Below, piece after piece: positions 52,938 to 61,244 of a stretch of DNA of 64,000 nucleotides. The notes below the pieces were generated by a model, which saw only the letters and a program-made list of their open reading frames with translations, did not search any database and was not told the DNA's origin. A program made the translations under genes and the position numbers. The DNA is from an uncultured euryarchaeote. GTDB taxonomy: Archaea > Thermoplasmatota > Poseidoniia > Poseidoniales > Poseidoniaceae. Within the stretch, counting starts at the first letter, position 1; each line of letters begins with the position of its first letter. Location: positions 5,275 through 69,274 of the forward strand of contig CALBFP010000296.1 of assembly GCA_937894115.1 (NCBI GenBank). The letters run 5' to 3'.

Positions 52938-55900
52938 TCAGCCTTGCTCAGCGACCTGTTGTTGATAGTATTCTTCCAACTGGTCAAGCGTCCATCCGAG
53001 GTCAAGGTACTGTTGCACCATTTGCTCATCCCAGCCGGGGAACCTGTCAAGTTCTGAAGCGATTGATGTTGATTCGTCCGTTTCGTTTCGTCCATCCAAA
53101 ACAGGCTGCTCCCACTGCTCGTCAACATGAACAACATCATCGATGTGTTGATCTGTGACCCAATCCTTGGCCGCCTCGCTCTCTTTACGTGATTGAACAA
53201 TTCCGTAAACGGCACCAACCAATAGAAGCAAGCCACCAATCATCAGCAAAAGCATGAACGTTTCGCCAAATCCTTCTTCGGCTTCTCCACTTGCTTTTCC
53301 TGCTTTTTCGTTTCGTTGCTCTGAGGAACATCCCGAAACGTCGGTTGGGGTGTTTGGCGCAGTGTCAGGACAATCATCGTCGGAGTTGAGAACGCCGTCT
53401 TCATCGCTATCGATGCTCGAGTTTTCGGATTGGTTGTCGGATGGGTCAATTGGTTCAATTCCCCCGAGGTCGCATCCGAGTGCGGTCGCCTCATCAATAC
53501 CGTCACCATCAGCATCCGCAAGGTTGATCGCATCTGAGGGCGAAACGTCTTCAATTGCAGAATCGAGGGCGGTCGATTGTGCCCATGTTACCTCAACCGC
53601 ATCGAGGATGCAGTCACCGTCGGTGTCCGAATTCAGAGGATTACCACCGAGCATGTATTCGTCCATGTTCGATAAACCATCGTTATCGTTGTCTACATCA
53701 CTTTCCAAAACGCCATTGCGCATTGATACGGTTCGGTTAAGGCCAAAATTGACTTCGAATATATCGGGCATACCGTCGTTGTCCGTATCCGTCACGTTGT
53801 CCAAGCGATTCCAGTCGGCATACCACGATTCAATAAAGGGTGCTGCCACCTCAGAAGATGTGATGATAAGGCCCATCTCACGATTGCGGACCATCGCAGA
53901 ATCGCCCCAATTGATGCTTGATATGAGAACGGATTCACCATCAACAATTGCACCTTTGTTGTGCAGTTTCATAACGTCATCATCCTCGCTCATGATGATC
54001 GCAGATACGTCCCATCCGTTGCTGATGTTCCAGTCGTTGTTGATTCGATCGACAACATCTTGAATGTCTTCATCAAGGTAGGCTCCGTTGATTATCAGAC
54101 GGATTGAAACCCCATCAGAAGCTGCTTGTTGCAGTGCAGAGATCAAAGGATTCTCGCCCCATCCCCATTTCCAATCAAGATCCAAGTATTGCAAGGACAG
54201 TAAAATCTCATCATCCGCTGATTGAATCATTTCTGTAAGGCCTTCGACACAATCATCAGGACAGGTCAACAAACGTCCGCTAAACGATCCACTCAGCGCC
54301 TCTGCAGTGTTTTGATCAATTTCCGTAGCTTCTGGAATGACATAGGAATTTGTTGGAGGTGTTGAAGACACGGGTTGGACGAACATCGAACTTTCATCAA
54401 ACGCCATGTTTGCTCGAACGTTGGCCGCAAGTTGGACGCTGTTGACGATGATTCCCCAATCTCGGTTGCCACGATCACCATCGTATGGCAGAGAGGAAGG
54501 CTTCCAATTTCCTGAACCAATCCATACTGAGGAAGCGTCACGGACTGCGACCTTTGAGTGAAGATAGAGGTACGGATCGTCAGCTGTGCCACCGAACCAG
54601 TGGACACCAATACCTGCCTGGTTGAGTGAATGTGCGTAAGCCTGTTGTGCTTGCCTATCGTTTTGGTTCCACCAATCTTCGGGTTCGTTGAGAACAACCG
54701 ATACGTCAACACCTCTGTTTTGAGCATCGATGAGTGCTTGTGAAAGTTCGCTCGATTGCAGGATGTAGATGTGTACGTGAAGTGAATTTTGGGCATCATC
54801 AATCCAATTGATGAGATCCATCAATCCATGTTCTGGAGCGATGAGCGGTGTGACCGCTGTCGCATCGTTGAATGTAGAATCGGCACAGAAATCACTGGCA
54901 CCCAAGCGGCCCCATCGTTGGTGCCAGTCTGTAGATTGGTTGGTGTCCGTCATCAGACCACAACCATCCCCACGGTACAGAATGAGGTTGTCGATACCAC
55001 TCACTGGCTCTGAAAGCGAAACACCCTCCCATCCTTCGCTGGCAACCGGCCCATTCTTGTAGACAATCGTGTCAGCAACTCCACCGGTTGGATGGATTAA
55101 TTGCAATGCCATACCGCTGTCAAGAAGGTAAATCGGGCTCTCCATGGCCGCATTCATGTCAAGCAGGATGCCGTCTTCGAACAATTCCAATGCATCAACA
55201 TCGTTCGATAATTTAACCGATGAGGAGGCATTGATTTGAAGATTGGTTATTTCGGATTCAAACGAAGATCCGTCTGAGGCAATCCGTCGAACCGACCATC
55301 CGTTTAGAAGAGCAGATTCCGTTCCAATGTTGGTCAATTCAAAGAACTCCATTTCTGTTGAAATGGAAGAGACTCCATCCCACATTATTGAACTGAATTT
55401 GATGTCGTCAATCGAGGCCATCATGGCGGCGTCGGGTTCAGGCAAACCAGGGGTAGGCCACATGAACTCAACCCATCCGTCATCGCTCGCATTGTAGCCG
55501 TACGTAGCGCAATTCGTACTCAAGAATCCTGTTGGAGGAGCGATGGTAGCGACGACTTCTCCATCTGGATTGAGAAGGTCCATACTGCTTACTTCATCCA
55601 AACCAACACCAAAGATGTCGTGTTGCAATTCGACCACAACACGGTCTTGTGGAGCGAGCGTGGCATCAACAATCGAAGATGGCCACAACACGCTGACGTC
55701 GATAAACTGTCGGCCCATGAGTGGATTTGAATTGTAATCTGCACGAAGCATCCACCGACTCAAATTGACGTTTGTCTCCCCATTGTTGTACAGTTCAATC
55801 CAATCGGCAGCAGGCTGGAATGCAGGGTCGTTGCAAGATGTGGCCATTTCCGTGACGAGGATGGTCTCGCTTCCCGAATATGCCGGCCAAACCGGGTTTT

Positions 55901-57833
55901 CTTGACCTGGTGTTGCCCATGCACTGTTGAGCCAGTCGCTCATGCCCCATGTCGTGCTTGAGGAGGGGGCGTTCGTACCCGAGGGGCCAGCACCTGCGTG
56001 CGTTTCCGTGTTGTTGATCAGAGAAACACCTTCGAGCGTGTGCGTCCATTGAGCCGAATGAACTGCAACTCCATTTCCGTCATAGAGGAATATTTGGTCC
56101 GGCGTTGTGTGTTTGAGGTAGAATTGTGAGGTCCCATTGAGCGCAACAAGGACGGTTTCACCTGCTTGCAAAACCGTGTCGGATTTGGCAGGCATGTTGT
56201 ATTGATGAAGAATCAGGGTACGCCCCGCAGCAGAGAAGCGCCATCCAGCAACATCGACCTCCTCAGTACCCATGTTTTGAATTTCAATCCATTCGCCGTT
56301 TGGGTACGGCAACGAATCGGTGCCGATTGCGTCGGCCAAGACCTCGGTTATTTTGACGTCACCAGTGGTTGGCGTTGGGGTTGGGTTTGGTTGGCCCGGC
56401 GATGGTGCAATCGAAGGAGTCCATGGATCGTGGTAATTTTGAGCCTGAATTAATGAAACGTTTGTTCCGTAATTGGTGGTGTAATGCGCCATATCCACGA
56501 TGGATTCTGCAGCATTGCGAAGAATCAGGTGGTTGTAATTGTCCATGAGGCGCGTGTCTCCAGTAAACTCGACAAGTCTCCGTTCTCCAGCATCGATGGT
56601 TGTGCTGCCTTGTGAACTGTTGAACACAATTGATCCAGGGTCCAGATAAGTGACATTACCCATGCCGTTAACGATCGACCAACCGTTAAGGTCGATTGCC
56701 ACGGCTCCAGAATTGTAAAGTTCAATCCATTCACCCTCCGGTGCTGAGCTTCCATCGGAGGCGCTCACAGGAAAAATTTCACCGAATTGAACATCCGAAC
56801 CTGCAGTAATATCGTTCAATTTTGGAGCGTTTGTTGCGTTTCGGGTTGGGTATGTAGAATACTGCCAAAGACCTTCACCGCTTGGGGCCTCAAGTGAAAA
56901 ACCGGGTTGATTTCGGGTCCACGCCACTTCATCTCCAATGCTTCCGTTGGACAGATACAGATGCAGCGTTTCCTGACCGTTGTTCAGGATACTGCTGCTG
57001 GTTGTTGAGTTCACAGAGACGACTCTCGTTTCTTGAGGATAGATCAACAGCGTTGAAGCATCGGTTGTTGCACCGATGAGATGATTTTCATCCATCGCAA
57101 TTGTGTTGCCTGCAACGTCCTGCAACCAATATCCGCTGAGGTCAATCGTTGACGTACCGTTGTTGTACAGTTCCACCCATTCCCCACCCGGCCAGGACTC
57201 GTTATCGTAACTTGGCCATGGGTCTGCCATCACCTCATTGATGATGACATCGCTTTCGGTGTACGATGGTCCCGTCGTGCCCCCTCCACCTCCACCGCTG
57301 TTCAACGAACCGGGAGTAGGGCTCGAGGTGGGAATCCAATCGTTGTACGCACTCGCTGGATCTTCTTCCAAACTCACACCGCTGGAACTTGAATTCCATG
57401 TGGCCTCATCAACCCAGCTGTTGGATGCGTCGTAGAGTGTCATGAAATCGTTGGCATTGGCAACGTAGAAGTTGGTGGTCCCGTTTCTCGCAACGATCAT
57501 GTAATCGCCGGGAGCCAGCGTGTAAGTCGATGCATCGCTGGCATTGTAGCCGACGATTGAAGATGCATCAAGATAAAGCGTCTTGGAGGCTTTGTTTGAG
57601 AAGTACCAGTTGCGAACATCCACGGATGATGTTCCCGTATTGTACAATTCCAACCATTCTCCGTTTGGCCAAGTAGCGTTGTCGTAACCGTTTGGATTTG
57701 GCATTACTTCATTGATGCAAACCGAACCACTGCAAGGCTGACTTCGAGCCCCTGCTGCCTCTGTCGGACCCACAAGGTGCGTCACAGGAACCAAAAGCAT
57801 GAGCGTGAGGAGGAATATTGATTCAATTCGCAT
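52938..57833 (-). CDS. 1631-aa surface protein: signal peptide, six lamin-tail domains (LTD), double-HKD phospholipase-D-superfamily domain, TSP3-like repeats, TM anchor, acidic cytoplasmic tail
   Basis: There are six repeats of the INEV....P....GEW[IV]ELYN.G pattern (aa 39, 196, 349, 493, 658, 811). HKD motifs are HSKVAVRDASSVWIGSGN (aa 1092) and HNKGAIVDGESVLISSIN (aa 1291). DxDxDG repeats span aa 1346-1490. The TM helix is at aa 1525-1546. Confidence 0.8.
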   Translation of the reverse strand: MRIESIFLLTLMLLVPVTHLVGPTEAAGARSQPCSGSVCINEVMPNPNGYDNATWPNGEWLELYNTGTSSVDVRNWYFSNKASKTLYLDASSIVGYNASDASTYTLAPGDYMIVARNGTTNFYVANANDFMTLYDASNSWVDEATWNSSSSGVSLEEDPASAYNDWIPTSSPTPGSLNSGGGGGGTTGPSYTESDVIINEVMADPWPSYDNESWPGGEWVELYNNGTSTIDLSGYWLQDVAGNTIAMDENHLIGATTDASTLLIYPQETRVVSVNSTTSSSILNNGQETLHLYLSNGSIGDEVAWTRNQPGFSLEAPSGEGLWQYSTYPTRNATNAPKLNDITAGSDVQFGEIFPVSASDGSSAPEGEWIELYNSGAVAIDLNGWSIVNGMGNVTYLDPGSIVFNSSQGSTTIDAGERRLVEFTGDTRLMDNYNHLILRNAAESIVDMAHYTTNYGTNVSLIQAQNYHDPWTPSIAPSPGQPNPTPTPTTGDVKITEVLADAIGTDSLPYPNGEWIEIQNMGTEEVDVAGWRFSAAGRTLILHQYNMPAKSDTVLQAGETVLVALNGTSQFYLKHTTPDQIFLYDGNGVAVHSAQWTHTLEGVSLINNTETHAGAGPSGTNAPSSSTTWGMSDWLNSAWATPGQENPVWPAYSGSETILVTEMATSCNDPAFQPAADWIELYNNGETNVNLSRWMLRADYNSNPLMGRQFIDVSVLWPSSIVDATLAPQDRVVVELQHDIFGVGLDEVSSMDLLNPDGEVVATIAPPTGFLSTNCATYGYNASDDGWVEFMWPTPGLPEPDAAMMASIDDIKFSSIMWDGVSSISTEMEFFELTNIGTESALLNGWSVRRIASDGSSFESEITNLQINASSSVKLSNDVDALELFEDGILLDMNAAMESPIYLLDSGMALQLIHPTGGVADTIVYKNGPVASEGWEGVSLSEPVSGIDNLILYRGDGCGLMTDTNQSTDWHQRWGRLGASDFCADSTFNDATAVTPLIAPEHGLMDLINWIDDAQNSLHVHIYILQSSELSQALIDAQNRGVDVSVVLNEPEDWWNQNDRQAQQAYAHSLNQAGIGVHWFGGTADDPYLYLHSKVAVRDASSVWIGSGNWKPSSLPYDGDRGNRDWGIIVNSVQLAANVRANMAFDESSMFVQPVSSTPPTNSYVIPEATEIDQNTAEALSGSFSGRLLTCPDDCVEGLTEMIQSADDEILLSLQYLDLDWKWGWGENPLISALQQAASDGVSIRLIINGAYLDEDIQDVVDRINNDWNISNGWDVSAIIMSEDDDVMKLHNKGAIVDGESVLISSINWGDSAMVRNREMGLIITSSEVAAPFIESWYADWNRLDNVTDTDNDGMPDIFEVNFGLNRTVSMRNGVLESDVDNDNDGLSNMDEYMLGGNPLNSDTDGDCILDAVEVTWAQSTALDSAIEDVSPSDAINLADADGDGIDEATALGCDLGGIEPIDPSDNQSENSSIDSDEDGVLNSDDDCPDTAPNTPTDVSGCSSEQRNEKAGKASGEAEEGFGETFMLLLMIGGLLLLVGAVYGIVQSRKESEAAKDWVTDQHIDDVVHVDEQWEQPVLDGRNETDESTSIASELDRFPGWDEQMVQQYLDLGWTLDQLEEYYQQQVAEQG

Positions 57834-57899
57834 AAAGCATCGTCGCTCTAAGCCAACCCCTTCCCCCTCATATCTTTTGGTGCGAAGTATCCTCTTGCT

Positions 57900-59402
57900 T
57901 CAGATGAATCCAAAACTATCCGCCATCTGAGCAAAGGTGTAAATCATAATCGGAACGAGGATAATGCCCATTCCATGGCTGCGTCGTATGCCGATTCGAG
58001 GCGGCATCAATCCAAGAATGGTGCCGACGATCAGAACTCCGATTCCAACGAATCCAGTAGAGAGCCAAACCAACCCGGTGACGAATATGATGACGCCCAT
58101 AACCATTGATTGCAGTGGAATTGCAGCATGAAGTCGCAACATACCTTTGCCGACGATTTTCATAATTGGCATCGCCATTATGCCAGCAGCGAGGGTGACT
58201 GCAAGCAAACGGACAAAGTCGGCAGTGGGTTGACTTGAATTCCATGTTTCAATGGGATACATCATTTTCAACGCAAGCGTCGCACCCGAACGTGACCTTC
58301 CGATGATGTAAAGGAATCCAAGGACCATAACCGTAACAGCGGTGTTGACCGCTGAGAGGATAGCAATGACCTCCAAATCTTGTTTTGTCTGAGGTCCTTC
58401 GTATCCATCTTCTGCTTCTGCAACGGCAATCTCAAGAAGTTCTTCGTCGCTTAGTTCCGTTAATCGGCGCGTTTCCCAATCCATTCCGTAGCCTTCTTTG
58501 CCTTGCACTTTTGCCGCAACGTTTCGACCACCCATGACCAAAACCGTGGCCTGTGATGCGGTCATTCCGGGCAGGACACCCATGCTTGCACCAGCTACAG
58601 CCGACCAAAAACACGGGGCAATCAAGGGTTTAACTGGAGGCAGATCCCAGTTCTCTTTCTGTGGAGGCAGATGGCTGGTTGTAGCATATATGTCCAACAG
58701 GTTTGCAATCCCAAACAACCCTGCCAGACTCGGTAGCAAGAGGGATGGTGAAGGCATTCCAACAGGGCTGTCAACTGGCAACTCAAACACAGCCCAACCG
58801 TACAAGCCTGCCAGCAGGAAAAACACGGTCGCAGCAACGAATCCCGCAAAACGACTGTCGTTGCCAAGTCGCTTACCCGTTAGCTTTTGCACCCATTTGG
58901 GCCAATCAAGACGGGTTGTTTCAGTCGCCAACAACAACAAGGATATGACCAATAAAATCACAGGAAGCCAATCGCGCAAGCCGTTGTACCAATCCAACTC
59001 AGGGCCAAAGGCGATTCGAGCTACAACGATAAGCGGTAGCGATAAAAACAGACCCAATTGTGAACCTCGGGCAGACCAAGCAACGCCTCGGGCAGCGTTC
59101 CCTGCCAACAGCATACGATGCCCGGGCAACAAGGACAGGGCAGTATCACCGTCAGGAGCGCCGATTAACGCAGAGGGAATGTAATTGAGAAATGTGTGGA
59201 CCGTCCCGGTTGAAACGATAATTGCTGCAACTGCGGAGAGCGGGATTCCCAATTCAAGTAGTCCTGGTGAGAGTGCGAGCAAAATAAGTGCGACATTGTT
59301 GACGTGGAATCCTGGAATCAGGCCCGTTAGAGAACCCAGCATTACTCCAAAGAACAAGGCGCCGAGGAGCCACCAAAGCTCGTGGAAGTACGCTTCGATC
59401 AT
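57900..59402 (-). CDS. TctA-family (DUF112) large membrane permease
   Basis: 500 aa and multi-pass. TctA-like N-terminal blocks are GSLTGLIPGFHVNNVAL and ALIGAPDGDTALSLLPGHRML. No tctB or tctC is adjacent. Confidence 0.65.
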   Translation of the reverse strand: MIEAYFHELWWLLGALFFGVMLGSLTGLIPGFHVNNVALILLALSPGLLELGIPLSAVAAIIVSTGTVHTFLNYIPSALIGAPDGDTALSLLPGHRMLLAGNAARGVAWSARGSQLGLFLSLPLIVVARIAFGPELDWYNGLRDWLPVILLVISLLLLATETTRLDWPKWVQKLTGKRLGNDSRFAGFVAATVFFLLAGLYGWAVFELPVDSPVGMPSPSLLLPSLAGLFGIANLLDIYATTSHLPPQKENWDLPPVKPLIAPCFWSAVAGASMGVLPGMTASQATVLVMGGRNVAAKVQGKEGYGMDWETRRLTELSDEELLEIAVAEAEDGYEGPQTKQDLEVIAILSAVNTAVTVMVLGFLYIIGRSRSGATLALKMMYPIETWNSSQPTADFVRLLAVTLAAGIMAMPIMKIVGKGMLRLHAAIPLQSMVMGVIIFVTGLVWLSTGFVGIGVLIVGTILGLMPPRIGIRRSHGMGIILVPIMIYTFAQMADSFGFI

Positions 59403-59410
59403 GGTCTCAC

Positions 59411-61153
59411 CTACGATTGTTCGATGTATTCTTGACGATCACTGATGCCATCGCCATCGCTGTCCAGACTGTTGGAACTCGTTCCGAATGCGGATTCGAG
59501 TGCATCACTCAAATCATCATCGTCGTTGTCATCAACATCCGCATTGTTAAGGCTGTAAATCATGCTCAGAGTTTCCGCATCCTCGACTTGGAGAAGCCGC
59601 CCCTCCCAGGTCATAGCGGTTCCTAAATGAAGTTCATCAAGTCCGATGCAGTTATTGACGGCACTTAGGAGAATCTTTCTGTCGCTCCCTGGCTCACTCA
59701 GGAACCACGTTCCATTTTCTTCAACAGCGAGACCATTGATTCGAACAATTTTGTTTTTGTCGTACCCCCAGTCGATTGCTCCATCGCCCCAGAGCAGATT
59801 CATTGGATTCGCTTTCTCACCTTCAGTGAGTTCGTGGACCAACAATTCTGCTCGCATGTTTTCGTCATCCCACGCAACCGTAACATTGGCAACAATCGCT
59901 TGCCCTGCTTCGAGCCATGTTGAGCGTGGTCCAGGAATCGTGACTGCAATGCTTGTCCACCCCGGTGTGTACCCCGACGAATCGACAAGGTAAGCGGATT
60001 CATCCTCGACACTCGGTTCCAAGGCGTATTTCATGTATGCAGATACAATGTAGTGTTGATCGGGAGAATCAAGAACTGCGGTTGGATTTGCGTTGAGCAT
60101 GAGCAACAAATCGTCGATTGAGGAGGTTGCGGTCAAGGAAGGATTGGATTCATCACTCTTGTCCAGACACCAAGAGGAAATCGCAGTATTCCACACCAAC
60201 CGGCCACGCATTTGGATGGATTTTCCGTTGAGTGAGTCGACCGCACTCACGTCGTCATCGCTGGGGAGAACACACAGCGGTGAGCCAGATGAGCCAGAGA
60301 GTTCCCAACTGTCGTTCTCGACGGTTAAAACACCCGCGACATCCACGGTTCTGCCCGATGAGTACATCCACGTCGATTGTGAAGACCAATCGAGAAGCGG
60401 CATTTCAATGGGGTGATTTCGATCGATTTTGATGTCGGGGCCTTGAATACCGAGATTCCATCGAAGTTCGCGTTGTTGGTACGAAAGAACGCCTTGTACA
60501 GTAACCTTTGATCCCGCCTCGATCCATTCACCAGTTGCAGAGTGAATGGTCATACCGATTTGGTGCTCTGAGTTTCCATAGTTCGGATGATCGCCAAGTT
60601 TTGCATTGCCAAAAGCGATATCAGGTGCAATGGACTTGGAGATGAAACCCGTGAGTTCAATGACCTCGCCGTCATAGGATTGTGGATTCAAAGCAACGTC
60701 AGAAATTGACAATTGTGGCGCTTCGGGGACATCGCTGGACTTCCAATTCATCGCTCCAGCACCGAGAGCTTGTATCCACATGCGACCTTCGTAATTTATG
60801 ACATCTCCAATAATCGTAACGTTGGTCCCAATTGGAGGTAAATCGCCGGGTCGATACCAGCGTAGTTCGACAACACCCGTTCCGTCGTCAATAATTGCAT
60901 CGAGGCGATCGTCTCCAGAGTTGTACGGGTCTTCGACCCATGAAATGAGCATGCCTTCGACCTTGACAACCTCATTGATGTATTCTGTAAGGTCGTCGAC
61001 ATCGACTACGGAAGGCTCTCGAACCATTGCGTACCAATTGAGGGTAGCGACAAGAAACAGAGAAATGGCGAACATAACCCACAAGCGTGGTCCGTTCGTT
61101 TCTGGATCATCGGTTGATAAACGCGCAAGGAAGCCCTTCAAGCCATCCGCCAT
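59411..61153 (-). CDS. type-II membrane-anchored surface protein with about five OB-fold-like modules and a C-terminal TSP3-like acidic repeat
   Basis: ATG at 61153 (MADGLKGF...) is followed by one TM helix. A pattern recurs: V.V.G.l...(variable)...D..G...v......G..V.v.G.v. One example is VVKVEGMLISW...IIDDGTGVVELRW...IGTNVTIIGDVINYEGRMWIQA. The end reads DSDGDGISDRQEY. The OB assignment is by eye only. Confidence 0.5.
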   Translation of the reverse strand: MADGLKGFLARLSTDDPETNGPRLWVMFAISLFLVATLNWYAMVREPSVVDVDDLTEYINEVVKVEGMLISWVEDPYNSGDDRLDAIIDDGTGVVELRWYRPGDLPPIGTNVTIIGDVINYEGRMWIQALGAGAMNWKSSDVPEAPQLSISDVALNPQSYDGEVIELTGFISKSIAPDIAFGNAKLGDHPNYGNSEHQIGMTIHSATGEWIEAGSKVTVQGVLSYQQRELRWNLGIQGPDIKIDRNHPIEMPLLDWSSQSTWMYSSGRTVDVAGVLTVENDSWELSGSSGSPLCVLPSDDDVSAVDSLNGKSIQMRGRLVWNTAISSWCLDKSDESNPSLTATSSIDDLLLMLNANPTAVLDSPDQHYIVSAYMKYALEPSVEDESAYLVDSSGYTPGWTSIAVTIPGPRSTWLEAGQAIVANVTVAWDDENMRAELLVHELTEGEKANPMNLLWGDGAIDWGYDKNKIVRINGLAVEENGTWFLSEPGSDRKILLSAVNNCIGLDELHLGTAMTWEGRLLQVEDAETLSMIYSLNNADVDDNDDDDLSDALESAFGTSSNSLDSDGDGISDRQEYIEQS

Positions 61154-61244
61154 GTTCCTGCTCTTGGCTTGCAATGCATATCTCTTACCATAGGACAGTT
61201 TGGCGAGAGATGCTTTGAAATGGAAGGCAAGGACAGGATTTACC

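Noticed and set aside
52160-53239. 359-aa version of the BI-1-like ORF.
   Set aside because: The first 114 codons overlap the 3' end of the LTD-PLD gene in another frame and are non-membrane, low-plausibility sequence. ATG at 52897 gives the family-typical MAYSSTNPVF start.
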